Positions 8,926 to 18,636 are shown, counted from the first letter of the stretch. The stretch: 32,000 nt of DNA from Psychrobacter sp. DM4 (GCF_051307035.1 NZ_CP195536.1:1710001-1742000), one strand, 5' to 3'. The notes: generated by a model not told the origin, from the letters alone. Numbers and translations: made by a program.

Positions 8926-10178
8926 GGCGTCACCTCGATCACATCAATAGTCATCTGCCCGCTAAATTGCCCTTGCTCATTGCTATTGACGCGCTCTAAA
9001 CTGGCGCTCAAGCCTTGCTCTACCAATGTACTAGTGAACTGATCTAAGCTGCTACGCTCTGGTGCGATCAGCGTAAAACTCAGAGACGATGGCCCCATAA
9101 TCAAAGCTTTTGCTTGCAATGAGGACTGTTTAATCAGTGGTGATATTCGAGACAAAGCGGCCATATGCGGCGCTTGTGCTTGAGCATCTGTACGCAGTTT
9201 CGGCTCTGTCTGTGTGCGCAGCTGCGTATTTGGATTGAGCCGCTCACCTGCGAACCAAGACTGATATTGCGCCGCTATCGCTGTTTGGGTAGCCTCTGCC
9301 GCTTGATTGTAACGATACCACTGCGCCCCATCGGTTGCTATTTGTAGTACTAGCGCTGATAGCGCAACCATCATAGCAATACGCAGATATGGTGATAGCT
9401 TTGCATCGTTCAGCCTGATCGCAAAGTTGAGCTCATGACGTTCAGGATAGTCAATTGGTGTAGGCGGTATTATTAATGTCGTCAAAAGCAGCTGCTGCTC
9501 TGCGATAAAAGCTAAAGTTTGCGCCTTGGGATCTGACAAATCTTCTTGTAAATTCAGGCTGCCATTTGATGTGTCCGTATTCTCATCGTTGACCGATAGA
9601 TCATCACTAGGCTCGATAGCTGGCACCACACTTATCTCGCTTAGATGCGGCAGATGCTCAAGCATGAGCGGTAAATAACTTACTGCCATGCCTTGACGTA
9701 GTGATTGACGCACAAGCATCGTATAGCGGTCTTGATACAAGGTAACTTGCTGACCTACGCCCTCATCTGGAACGGGTAACAACAAAAAATCAGGCAACAA
9801 GGCATTGATGCGCATGCCGACCAATGCGGCGCTTTGTTGCCATGTCTCGATATCGCCTGTGGCAAGTGCATATAATTGATGGTTATTTGCTTGATTGATC
9901 TGACGTACAGACAACTGCTCAACAGGCGTGATCGACATCTCTTCGAATAAATATTGCTTGCCACTAGATCCTAACTGCTTAAGCTGCGTACTGCTAAGGT
10001 CAGTATCCACTTGCAATATGTGGCTTGATGGAAAGTACAAACACAAATTTTTGTTGCTAGATTTGCTACCATAGATATTATACAGCTGCTGCCAGCCATC
10101 GACGGCTTGCCACTGTTTTGCATCCTCGTGCCACACTGCTAAAGGGCTGTATTGTGCTCGTAACCAAACATGTAACAC
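8922..10178 (-). CDS. gspL: Type II secretion system protein L
   Basis: 418 aa with a cytoplasmic N-domain, one central TM (YLRIAMMVALSALVLQI) and a periplasmic C-domain, which is GspL architecture. Coupled to gspM by a 4-nt overlap. GTG start at 10178 with AAGGA upstream. Confidence 0.8.
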   Translation of the reverse strand: MLHVWLRAQYSPLAVWHEDAKQWQAVDGWQQLYNIYGSKSSNKNLCLYFPSSHILQVDTDLSSTQLKQLGSSGKQYLFEEMSITPVEQLSVRQINQANNHQLYALATGDIETWQQSAALVGMRINALLPDFLLLPVPDEGVGQQVTLYQDRYTMLVRQSLRQGMAVSYLPLMLEHLPHLSEISVVPAIEPSDDLSVNDENTDTSNGSLNLQEDLSDPKAQTLAFIAEQQLLLTTLIIPPTPIDYPERHELNFAIRLNDAKLSPYLRIAMMVALSALVLQIATDGAQWYRYNQAAEATQTAIAAQYQSWFAGERLNPNTQLRTQTEPKLRTDAQAQAPHMAALSRISPLIKQSSLQAKALIMGPSSLSFTLIAPERSSLDQFTSTLVEQGLSASLERVNSNEQGQFSGQMTIDVIEVTP

Positions 10179-10195
10179 TAAACGTGTCCTTAATT

Positions 10196-10261
10196 ATTGT
10201 ACCTATATAAATCATTGTACTTATATAAATCGTTGTACTTATATAAATTATTGAGCATATC
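10196..10261. repeat. 18-bp AT-rich tandem repeat array (3 good copies plus a degenerate fourth) upstream of gspL
   Basis: ATTGTACCTATATAAATC (10196-10213), ATTGTACTTATATAAATC (10214-10231), GTTGTACTTATATAAATT (10232-10249), then the degenerate ATTGAGCATATC (10250-10261). It fills most of the 100-bp sixA-gspL gap. Confidence 0.9.
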
Positions 10262-10278
10262 AAAGTGGTTAAGCTGAA

Positions 10279-10737
10279 TTAACTGGGCTGCATAGGAACA
10301 AAACGATCGATCTCTTTTGCCATACCAGACATTACAAAGTCCATCTCAAATACGCGAGCTTCTGCTAAAGAAAAGCTTTCAGGATAGTCATTGGTAAGGA
10401 GTCCTGCGATATTGGCAACAATAGACATATGACAGACAACCACCAAACAGTCGACCTCAATAGTTGCAAGCTCTGCTAGCGCATCGATAGCATTGTCTGA
10501 TGGGGTAATATTATCTTGTACCGTAACAGGTGCATTAGGTACCAGTGCGTGTATTTCTGCGAGCGTTTGCTGCGCCCTATCATAAGGACTCACGATCAGA
10601 TGACTAGGCTTGTAACTATTGATAATATAATTAGCTGTTTGCGCAGCTTGCTGCTGACCAAATTCGGTCAGTTGACGTGCACTATCTGGACGACTCCTGT
10701 CTTCGGCTTGACCATGGCGCATCAATATAATTCTCAT
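10279..10737 (-). CDS. sixA: Phosphohistidine phosphatase SixA
   Basis: 152 aa. N-terminal MRIILMRHGQAE carries the RHG motif of the histidine phosphatase superfamily, and the size and sequence are SixA-like. ATG 10737 is preceded by AAGGA. Confidence 0.85.
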   Translation of the reverse strand: MRIILMRHGQAEDRSRPDSARQLTEFGQQQAAQTANYIINSYKPSHLIVSPYDRAQQTLAEIHALVPNAPVTVQDNITPSDNAIDALAELATIEVDCLVVVCHMSIVANIAGLLTNDYPESFSLAEARVFEMDFVMSGMAKEIDRFVPMQPS

Positions 10738-10840
10738 CACTATCCTTAGGTATATTGATTGTTTAATACTAATGTCGCTGTTATCGATAACTGCTTTTTT
10801 GATTACTATAGCAAAATACCAGCTACGTTAGGCGCTATTA

Positions 10841-12127
10841 TCAGTCTTTATCTTTGGCAGGCGTATCAGGTAGATCGTCAGCGGACTTCTTCATTTGTGC
10901 GCTAAGAGAAGCGTTGCTATGATCATGCGGCATCACAAATTCGACGTCGCTACGAAATCCTGCTTCCATCAAATGTAGAGCAACACCAAGAGCCGCTTTA
11001 TCCTCATAGATGACCGCATAAAGCGCATGAGTGATTGGCATATAGATGCCTTGTTTGGTCGCTTTTTCGTGTACTTGCTGGATAGTGTTAACGCCTTCAG
11101 CCGTTTGACCTAGTTTTTTGACCGCTGCATCAATACTCATACCGCGCCCAAGCATATTGCCAATACGAAAGTTGCGACTCAGCTCCGAGCCGCAAGTAGC
11201 GTACAAGTCGCCCACACCTGATAAACCTAAGAAGGTCAGAGGATTGGCACCCGTCTCAACACCGAAACGACTCATCTCCGCCAAAGCTCGCGTAAGTAGC
11301 ATCGCTTTGGTGTTCTCGCCGACCTCGTAAGCAACCGCCATACCCATAGCAATAGCATAGATGTTTTTAAGGGCACCGCCAAGCTCAACCCCATGCACAT
11401 CGTCACTCGCAAATACGCGAAAAAACGCACTATGTAAAGCAGCTTGCACCGCATGCCGTAGTGGTTCCGAGTTACTGGCTATAACCGTAGCAGAAGGCAT
11501 GTTTTTCATAATCTCAACGGCCAAGTTCGGCCCTGACATCACCCCAAAACTCACCTCTGGTAATACGTCTTTGATAATATCACTCATCATAGCAAAGGTA
11601 TCTTTTTCCATGCCTTTGGTGAGTGAGACGATTGACTGTCCAGTAATAAAAGGCGCGATGTTTTGTAGCGTCTCACGAAAAGCTGAGCTTGGTACGGCCA
11701 AAAAGATAATATCTTTGTCTTTTACAGAAGACTCAAGATCATGGCTGTACTTAAGACGATCGTCAAGCTTGTAACCTGGCAGATATTGTTTATTCATCTG
11801 CAGCTTGGCCATAGATTTGACCGTGCGTTTGTTACGTACCCACAGCGTCGTATCACAGCCGTTGCGCGCAGCAAGGTTCGCCATTGCGGTACCAAAACTC
11901 CCGCCACCCAAAAATGCCAAACGCAGTTTAGTTGGATTTTTATGAATCTGCGCCATGTTTTTGGCAACAGCAGACTCGACCGCACTAGGATTTAGCTTTT
12001 TGCGTCCGATACCTGATTTGGTTGCGCGCTCAATGATACTGGCAAGCAGGCCGCTTTGTTTATCGCCGCTACTCTTATCATTACTACTGTTATTTTTGTC
12101 GTTTTTTTGGTCAGTAGCGTTTGTCAT
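10841..12127 (-). CDS. gpsA: NAD(P)H-dependent glycerol-3-phosphate dehydrogenase with N- and C-terminal extensions
   Basis: The Rossmann motif FLGGGSFGTAMA starts only about 70 residues in. Conserved GALKN and GVNT regions are present. The start is uncertain: ATG 12127 gives 428 aa and ATG 12169 gives 442 aa, both with weak SD. Confidence 0.9.
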   Translation of the reverse strand: MTNATDQKNDKNNSSNDKSSGDKQSGLLASIIERATKSGIGRKKLNPSAVESAVAKNMAQIHKNPTKLRLAFLGGGSFGTAMANLAARNGCDTTLWVRNKRTVKSMAKLQMNKQYLPGYKLDDRLKYSHDLESSVKDKDIIFLAVPSSAFRETLQNIAPFITGQSIVSLTKGMEKDTFAMMSDIIKDVLPEVSFGVMSGPNLAVEIMKNMPSATVIASNSEPLRHAVQAALHSAFFRVFASDDVHGVELGGALKNIYAIAMGMAVAYEVGENTKAMLLTRALAEMSRFGVETGANPLTFLGLSGVGDLYATCGSELSRNFRIGNMLGRGMSIDAAVKKLGQTAEGVNTIQQVHEKATKQGIYMPITHALYAVIYEDKAALGVALHLMEAGFRSDVEFVMPHDHSNASLSAQMKKSADDLPDTPAKDKD

Positions 12128-12204
12128 ATTCAGTAATCCGTGTTGCAAAAAGGAAGTTGCGATGAGCATTTATGTCATTTGTAATAGGTGTTATTTTGTA
12201 ATAA

Positions 12205-12852
12205 TTAAGGCTCAAAACGCGTTAAAGGCTCGATATCTATAGGCTTACGTACAGGCTTCTCGGTTGGGCTGGTGCCAGTATAAACAAAAGCGGTGATATA
12301 ATCATCTGCGCTGACATTGAAGTAAGCTTTTACAGCAGGCTCATTGCATAAGAGACCCGTTCGCCATACTGTGCTAAACCCTTGAGCCTTTAGCGCCAAG
12401 ATCAGATTTTGGACGGCAGCTCCAGCGCTCAGCATCTGCTCAAAGGGCGGTACTTTTTTGTGCGCTTGCATATGGGTGACGACAGTGATGATAACCGGAG
12501 CACGCAGAGGCAAATTGGCTGTTTTATGCATTGTCTTTTCTGACAGTGTCTCGCCTTCACGCTGGGCCTTTTCTTTTGCTGCCGTGACGAGTGCCTCTCC
12601 CAACTCACTGCGCGCCGCGCCTTGAGTCACAATGAAACGCCATGGACGTAGTTTTTTATGATCAGGAGCGGTCGCGGCGCATTCGATAACGGCTTTTATC
12701 TGCTCAGACGTAGGTGCAGGCATATCCAAACTACCGATACTGCGTCTTGAGTTGATCCATGCGATTAACTGCTCATCGGTCGCTTGAATGTCAGTCGTTT
12801 GAGATTTGTCTACAGCAATTGTCTTATCACCCTGATTATTATTTTGACTCAT
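12205..12852 (-). CDS. Nitroreductase family protein (YdjA-like NAD(P)H nitroreductase)
   Basis: 215 aa. RRSIGSL...APDHKKLRPWRF is typical of the YdjA-type nitroreductase fold. Confidence 0.85.
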   Translation of the reverse strand: MSQNNNQGDKTIAVDKSQTTDIQATDEQLIAWINSRRSIGSLDMPAPTSEQIKAVIECAATAPDHKKLRPWRFIVTQGAARSELGEALVTAAKEKAQREGETLSEKTMHKTANLPLRAPVIITVVTHMQAHKKVPPFEQMLSAGAAVQNLILALKAQGFSTVWRTGLLCNEPAVKAYFNVSADDYITAFVYTGTSPTEKPVRKPIDIEPLTRFEP

Positions 12853-12881
12853 TTTTTATCCTTTTTTATTGTTCTAGTGTA

Positions 12882-13994
12882 TTACGCTACGGTATCAACA
12901 CGGTGCGCCATTTTTAGATAATCTTCTGATTGCATCTCAAGCAGGCGTGAACGCGTTCGCTCAATCTCAAAGGCGAGTTTTTCACCTTGATACAATTCGA
13001 GAATAGACTGCTGCGCCCTTACCAAAAGCTTGACGCGGCGATCGTAAAACTCATCGACCAAATAAATAAATCGGCGCGTAGGATCACGCAAATCATCATC
13101 TAACGCAGGTACCGCATTGATGAGTACGGTGTTAAATTGCTTGGCGATTTCAATAAAATCATTAGCAGAGCGCGGCTGCATACACAGTTGGCGAAAATCG
13201 CAAAATAGAATATCTTCGGTGCGCGCATTGATGGTAATCTCACGTCCATTGATAATAATAGGCTCGTCACTGATTTTTTGGTTGCTAGAGAGACTCGCAA
13301 AACGGTTGGCGAGCCAGTTATGGTTTTTCTTAGTCATAGGCGACTCATACAGCTCAGCTTGCTGTAACACCCGCAAACGGTAATCGATGCCTGCATCGAT
13401 ATTCATAATTGTGGTATGGCGCTCAACCTCAGCGATAGCGGGCATAAAGCGATCTCGGTGCAAGCCGTCTTTGTATAGACCTGAAGGTTCAATGTTTGAT
13501 GTGGCAACCAGCGTTACACCGCGATTGAACAGCATAGTAAACAGATCACCGAGTATCATGGCATCAGAGACGTTAGAGACAAAGAACTCATCGAAACAAA
13601 TGATAACGGCTTCGTTGTAGATGATGTCCGCTACTTTTTCTAGCGGATCAGACTGACCTTGCAAGGCGTTGAGCTCACGATGAACGCGCTGCATAAAGTG
13701 ATGAAAATGCTGCCGCATCTTGCGCTCAATAGTCAGCGCATCATAAAACATATCCATCATCCACGTTTTACCGCGGCCAACCCCGCCCCACATATATAGA
13801 CCTTTTGGCGCTTCAGGTTTGGACTTCAAAAAGCTAAAAAAGCTCTTTTTTTGCTCAGAGCCTTCATTAAGCTGATGATATAGATTGTCCAAGTAACTCA
13901 TAGCCTCAAACTGCTGCTCATCTGGGGTAAACTCATCGGTACTGATGGCTTGCTCATAGCGCTGCAATGGCGATAGACTCATAATAGGACTCAT
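12882..13994 (-). CDS. zapE: Cell division protein ZapE (AFG1-like ATPase)
   Basis: Walker A GGVGRGKT, Walker B ICFDEF, and overall AFG1/ZapE organisation. ATG 13994 is the likely start; the longest ORF begins at TTG 14045. Confidence 0.9.
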   Translation of the reverse strand: MSPIMSLSPLQRYEQAISTDEFTPDEQQFEAMSYLDNLYHQLNEGSEQKKSFFSFLKSKPEAPKGLYMWGGVGRGKTWMMDMFYDALTIERKMRQHFHHFMQRVHRELNALQGQSDPLEKVADIIYNEAVIICFDEFFVSNVSDAMILGDLFTMLFNRGVTLVATSNIEPSGLYKDGLHRDRFMPAIAEVERHTTIMNIDAGIDYRLRVLQQAELYESPMTKKNHNWLANRFASLSSNQKISDEPIIINGREITINARTEDILFCDFRQLCMQPRSANDFIEIAKQFNTVLINAVPALDDDLRDPTRRFIYLVDEFYDRRVKLLVRAQQSILELYQGEKLAFEIERTRSRLLEMQSEDYLKMAHRVDTVA

Positions 13995-14048
13995 TATTGA
14001 ATAATTTGGGTGATAAAAGGAGCAAAAATATAAGTACGGTTGCAAGTA

Positions 14049-14741
14049 TTAGGAAGAACGACCAAAGCTATGCTGTTCAAGCAAACTTTTAAGCTCAGAG
14101 AGATGGCCATGGAAAAAGTGTCCTGCGCCATCTACCACACTGACCGCAATACCTTGCTGTTCTGCAAAGGCTTGCATAACATTGGGACTAATGACGTCAT
14201 CAGCATTACCATAGATTTCAAACGTTTTGTCTATTGGCAGACTTATATCACTAGCGTCGTTGTCTTCTACTGAAGGAGCAATAAGCGCCACATTACTGAC
14301 TTCAAAGTCGCTTAGACCCCATATGTGCGGCAGCGTTGTCACTTGCTCTGCGGCGCGCGCGGTAACGTAACCGCCAAACGAGAAGCCGCCAAGCCATAAT
14401 TTGCGTGCACTCGTTTGCCCTGCTATCCATTGTAGCACGGTCATCGCGTCGATCACTTCACCCTCGGCATAATCATGCTCGCCCGTTGATTGACCCACAC
14501 CGCGAAAGTTGAAACGCACCGCATGCATACCATTGTCACGGGCGAAGCGATACATAGTGGTCACCACTTTATTAGTCATCGTTCCGTCAAACAAAGGATT
14601 GGGATGACATAATAGTGCTACCGTATCCGTATTAGGATCGTTTGGATTATCGTTTTGCCAGAGTGCATCGACTTCAAGTACGCCAGCAGGAGCAGAGATT
14701 AGGGGCATAATAAACAGTGTCAGTTGAAAAGAGTGATTCAA
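14049..14741 (-). CDS. Alpha/beta-fold hydrolase (COG2945-like)
   Basis: Nucleophile elbow GFSFGG, a later acidic residue (NADDVI) and GAGHFF consistent with a Ser-Asp-His triad. The start is either TTG 14741 (AGGA upstream) or ATG 14708. Confidence 0.8.
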   Translation of the reverse strand: MNHSFQLTLFIMPLISAPAGVLEVDALWQNDNPNDPNTDTVALLCHPNPLFDGTMTNKVVTTMYRFARDNGMHAVRFNFRGVGQSTGEHDYAEGEVIDAMTVLQWIAGQTSARKLWLGGFSFGGYVTARAAEQVTTLPHIWGLSDFEVSNVALIAPSVEDNDASDISLPIDKTFEIYGNADDVISPNVMQAFAEQQGIAVSVVDGAGHFFHGHLSELKSLLEQHSFGRSS

Positions 14742-14960
14742 TTATCCTAGATATGATTTTTATTTCAAGTAATTTGCTGTGTTCATCTGTGTATGACTTT
14801 GTCCGTCTTTATCATCAAACATTAGACATTTTAATGACTTGTATTTCGACATTCAAAGTTTTAGTACGGTCTGGTGCTAATAATATCTCTAGCGCTTGAA
14901 AGTTAAATGAGGTAATGTCGAGCGTATATCATACTCTTTAACTCTCTAATAGGATCGCTT

Positions 14961-15341
14961 ATGACTGCCTTTCGTATAACCTTTAGCAAAACTGCTACTT
15001 TGACGACTGCTCTTGCAGCTGTGCTTGCTTTGAGTGCTTGTCAGAGCACGACATCATCACCCGTCATTCAGCGCGAAGGCTCTATCTTTGAGACCACAGG
15101 CATCGCCGATACCAAAGTAGGTGCACAACAAAATGCCATTGATAGCGCTCAAAAAACTTGCCGTAATAAGCAAGTCATCATCGTCAAAGACGAAGCTAGA
15201 TACAATGGTATCTTAGATGAGCGTTCAGGCCGTATGGTTGGTCAAGTGGGCGCCGTAGTAGGTTCAATATTTGGTACGGGTTCGCCCAACTTATCGCGTG
15301 ACGATGATTATGAGTATGCTATTAGTTTTCGCTGTCAGTAG
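14961..15341 (+). CDS. Small lipoprotein of unknown function
   Basis: Signal peptide ending in the lipobox LALSAC. SD AGGA lies upstream of the ATG. 126 aa with two further Cys residues. Confidence 0.7.
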   Translation: MTAFRITFSKTATLTTALAAVLALSACQSTTSSPVIQREGSIFETTGIADTKVGAQQNAIDSAQKTCRNKQVIIVKDEARYNGILDERSGRMVGQVGAVVGSIFGTGSPNLSRDDDYEYAISFRCQ

Positions 15342-15411
15342 TGTATCTTTGAGCGCAAGGGTATAAGTACCACAGTACAAGTCGTTGGATAAAAATAAAT
15401 TCAGATAATGC

Positions 15412-15488
15412 GCCAATAAGTTTGCGATTCGCTAGCAGCTTATTGGCTTTGCTTTTTGTGCTAAACACTTTAGGATAGAGTGTTTTTT
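15412..15488 (+). terminator. Two consecutive terminator-like hairpins after the lipoprotein gene
   Basis: GCCAATAAG (15412-15420) pairs with CTTATTGGC (15439-15447), followed by TTTGCTTTTT. Then AACACT (15464-15469) pairs with AGTGTT (15479-15484), with the T-run continuing to 15488. Confidence 0.6.
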
Positions 15489-15531
15489 GAAATATATACT
15501 CCGTTAGTTTTCATCACTGTGGCTCTCTATT

Positions 15532-17073
15532 ATGCGTAAACCCAATCTTTCGACCATTCAATCAGCCAAAGACCTTACCCCTGCCAAAGACTTGGCAACG
15601 CTAGAGGCTGAGCTGGCAGAAGCGGATGATCCACTTGAAAATACTGTACTGCGCCTAAGTGATTACTTATCCGCTGTGGATATGGTTATCAAACAAACCT
15701 TCGATCATAGGGTCTGGGTCAAAGCTGAAATTCGCAACCTATCAAGTAAGGGCGGGCATTATTACTTTGAGCTGGCCGAAAAAGACGATGATGGCAAAGT
15801 GGTTGCCAGTTGCCGAGGTAATCTCTGGCGCTTTAAAGCGGCGCGTGTGCTCGCCAAGTTCGAGCGCGCAACGGGTATGGCGCTCAGCCGTGATCTCACC
15901 GTTTTACTCAAGATATCCGCCAACTTTCATGCACAATACGGCTTTTCGCTCACTATTGAAGATATAGACCCCAGCTATACCTTGGGCGACTTGGCACGCC
16001 AATACGTAGAGATGGTCGATCGACTAAGTGGTGAAGGCCTATTAACGCTAAACGCGCAGTTGCCAAGTCCATTTGATATCGAGCACGTTCTTGTCATTGC
16101 TCCTGAAAAAGCGGCGGGCTTAGGCGACTTTCAAGCCGATGCCAATAGACTAGCATCGACAGGTGCTTGTCATTTTCATTACCATAATGCGACTTTTCAG
16201 GGCAATCATGCCCCAGGCGAGATTCGTCAAGCGATCGTCAGTGCTCAGCAGCAGTTTCAAGATAGCTATAATCGTCTGCCTGACTTACTCGTCATCATAC
16301 GTGGCGGCGGCGCGGTCGGTGATTTAGCATATCTCAACGACTACGAGCTAGCCGCAATAGTCGCAGAACAGCCTGTACCCGTTTGGGTGGGTATCGGTCA
16401 TGAACGTGATAAAGTGATATTAGATGAGGTGGCGCACACGAGTTTTGATACGCCCTCCAAAGTGATAGCTGCGATTATGAGTCATCTGACGACCTTGGTC
16501 ACGCAAACCTTGGCGTACCAAGCTCAGATCAAACAAGCAGCACGATATCAACTGACGCTAGCTGAGCAGCGTACTGCTCGTCAATTAAGCCAAGTACAAA
16601 CCCAAACAGTGGGACAGCTTACAGCTTTGCAAAAGGACAGCAAGCACGCATGGCAAAGCGTACAGCAAAGCGCCAATAGACAAATCAAACAAGCTAAGCG
16701 TCTGAGTACTGAGCACCATCAACAAATTAAAGATATGGCTTATCAGCATGTCATTCGCGCTACTAAGGATGTTGCACGCTATCAGCAAACCATCGTGCAA
16801 AGTGCACAGCAGCACATCATACAGGCACAGCGTGAAAGCGCGCATCTACGTGATATTGTGCTGTTACATCGACCAGCGCGGGTATTAAATCAAGGCTATA
16901 CCATGCTGACAGATAAAGCTGGCAAACAGATATTTACCAGCAGCAGTCAGTTGCATGCTGACCAAACGCTGACTATCGTCCTAAAAGATGGCAGCGCTAC
17001 TGCACGTATCAAAAACGTCATTATTGATAACAGCGCTGCTGATGACTCTACAGACACTAGCGATGCGGTATAA
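15532..17073 (+). CDS. xseA: Exodeoxyribonuclease VII large subunit
   Basis: N-terminal OB-fold region (VWVKAEIRNLSSKGGHYYFEL), catalytic core (RGGGAVGDL, GIGHERD) and a long Q-rich coiled-coil C-terminal half. 513 aa. Confidence 0.92.
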   Translation: MRKPNLSTIQSAKDLTPAKDLATLEAELAEADDPLENTVLRLSDYLSAVDMVIKQTFDHRVWVKAEIRNLSSKGGHYYFELAEKDDDGKVVASCRGNLWRFKAARVLAKFERATGMALSRDLTVLLKISANFHAQYGFSLTIEDIDPSYTLGDLARQYVEMVDRLSGEGLLTLNAQLPSPFDIEHVLVIAPEKAAGLGDFQADANRLASTGACHFHYHNATFQGNHAPGEIRQAIVSAQQQFQDSYNRLPDLLVIIRGGGAVGDLAYLNDYELAAIVAEQPVPVWVGIGHERDKVILDEVAHTSFDTPSKVIAAIMSHLTTLVTQTLAYQAQIKQAARYQLTLAEQRTARQLSQVQTQTVGQLTALQKDSKHAWQSVQQSANRQIKQAKRLSTEHHQQIKDMAYQHVIRATKDVARYQQTIVQSAQQHIIQAQRESAHLRDIVLLHRPARVLNQGYTMLTDKAGKQIFTSSSQLHADQTLTIVLKDGSATARIKNVIIDNSAADDSTDTSDAV

Positions 17074-17128
17074 CCAACAAACTTAAAAAACTCTATTTGA
17101 ACTCACTCGAAAATGCTAGGAAAAAGCT

Positions 17129-17377
17129 ATGACAACCTCTACTCGCAAACGCAAAAAAGCCGCCCCAAAAACTTTTAAGGCCGCTTATGATATCCTAAAA
17201 ACCAACGCCGCTGAACTCCAGCAACAAGACGAGCCTGATATCGATAATCTGATGACAACGGTTGAAGAGTCTATCGCCGCTTACCGCGTGTGCGAGACGC
17301 GCATCAATGCCGTGCAACAAGCCTTGGATGCAGCTTTTGCTGAAGAAGATGCTGTTAGTACAGACTCTAAAAGCTAG
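17129..17377 (+). CDS. xseB: Exodeoxyribonuclease VII small subunit
   Basis: 82-aa helical protein immediately after xseA, with an XseB-like core (FKAAYDILKTNAAELQQQD...LMTTVEESIAAYRVCETRI). Confidence 0.85.
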   Translation: MTTSTRKRKKAAPKTFKAAYDILKTNAAELQQQDEPDIDNLMTTVEESIAAYRVCETRINAVQQALDAAFAEEDAVSTDSKS

Positions 17378-17412
17378 CGCTGAGATTTAGTTATGACCCT
17401 TATCCCTGAATA

Positions 17413-18636
17413 TTAGTCCAGCTCATCCACCTCAAACACTTGGCGCAAATAAGCCAGATAAGTATCGTTATTGATCATGGTTTTTCCAGGGCTATCCGAT
17501 ATCTTGGCAACTGGTTGTCCATTACACTCAACCAGTTTGAGGACAATGTTGATTTGTGTTAACCCCATGTCATTGGTCAAGTTGGTACCGATACCGAAGC
17601 TGGTTCTAATCCGATCTTTGAAGTACTGATGCAAGTCCCAAGCCTTTTGCATATCTAAACCATCACTAAAGGTCAAAATCTTAGTCTTGGGATCTATCTT
17701 GAGCTTTTGATAATGGGCAATAGCTTTGTCGCCCCAAACATAGGGGTCACCACTGTCGTGACGCAGCCCGTCAAACAACTTGGCAAAGTACAGATCAAAA
17801 TCACGCAAGAACGCGTCCATACCGACGACATCTGTCAGCGCAATCCCTAAGTCACCGCGATATTCGTGTACCCATGCTTCAAGCGCAGCTTTTTGCGAAT
17901 CTCGCAGACGCACATCCAAGGCTTGAAAGGCTTGCATAAACTCATGTGCCATCGTGCCTATTGGAGTCATTCCGAGCTTTTTGGCAAGATACACGTTGGA
18001 GGTGCCGCCCACAATCTTAGGTTCAGCTTCATGCAAGGTCTCGACCACATGCGCCTGCCAGCGTTTGCTAAAGCGTCTACGCGTACCAAAATCAGCAATG
18101 ATAAATGGCGGTTTGCCCAGCTCTGAGTCTTGTGCATTGGCGTACTCGCGTAGCAGACCAACCTTGGTATCTAGCCTACGCTGACCTTCTGTGATGACCG
18201 CTGAATTTGATAGAGCATCGAAATAAAGCTCGTTAACGATAGCCAAAACAAAGACTTCAAAGAACATCGCCTGAATCATTGGTCCTTCGATCTCAATGTG
18301 CAAACGTCCTTTTTCATCAGTGTTGACTGTGACAAATCGACGCTTGAGCTGAAACAGTTCTAAATAATCGACAAAATCTGAGCGGATAAAACGCAGACCG
18401 CGCAGATATTCAAGCTCATCTTGTAAGAATCTAAGCTCACATAAGCTATCTAGTTGCTCCTCTAATGCGTCTTTAATAGAGGCAAGCGGATAGGCAGAAT
18501 CATCATTATTGCGGCAGCGAAAGCGATATACGCCATGAGTCTGTGGAAATTGATGCAACATAGCTTGTAGCATGGTGAATTTGTACAAATCATTATCAAG
18601 TAAGGATGTAATGATGGGCGTAAAAGGTACGGTCAT
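17413..18636 (-). CDS. pncB: Nicotinate phosphoribosyltransferase
   Basis: 407 aa. N-terminus ...[12 protein letters not shown] and motifs DFGTRRR and GTSN are typical of PncB. Confidence 0.93.
   Translation of the reverse strand: MTVPFTPIITSLLDNDLYKFTMLQAMLHQFPQTHGVYRFRCRNNDDSAYPLASIKDALEEQLDSLCELRFLQDELEYLRGLRFIRSDFVDYLELFQLKRRFVTVNTDEKGRLHIEIEGPMIQAMFFEVFVLAIVNELYFDALSNSAVITEGQRRLDTKVGLLREYANAQDSELGKPPFIIADFGTRRRFSKRWQAHVVETLHEAEPKIVGGTSNVYLAKKLGMTPIGTMAHEFMQAFQALDVRLRDSQKAALEAWVHEYRGDLGIALTDVVGMDAFLRDFDLYFAKLFDGLRHDSGDPYVWGDKAIAHYQKLKIDPKTKILTFSDGLDMQKAWDLHQYFKDRIRTSFGIGTNLTNDMGLTQINIVLKLVECNGQPVAKISDSPGKTMINNDTYLAYLRQVFEVDELD

Noticed and set aside
10777-10800. Palindrome GCTGTTATCGATAACTGC followed by T6 between gpsA and sixA
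   Set aside because: It has no loop, so it is not a good terminator hairpin, and the T-run is on the wrong strand for the flanking minus-strand genes. Perfect 12-bp palindromes are expected several times per 32 kb by chance.
11361-11774. 137-aa plus-strand ORF antisense to gpsA. Similar long antisense ORFs lie at 5615-5962 (in cvpA), 20600-20962 (in the permease), 23134-23529 (in the ALDH) and 30844-31077 and 31144-31506 (in ilvD).
   Set aside because: Each lies wholly inside a confidently identified gene on the other strand. Each has an odd composition rich in Ser, Arg, Cys or Leu and no SD. These are typical shadow ORFs.
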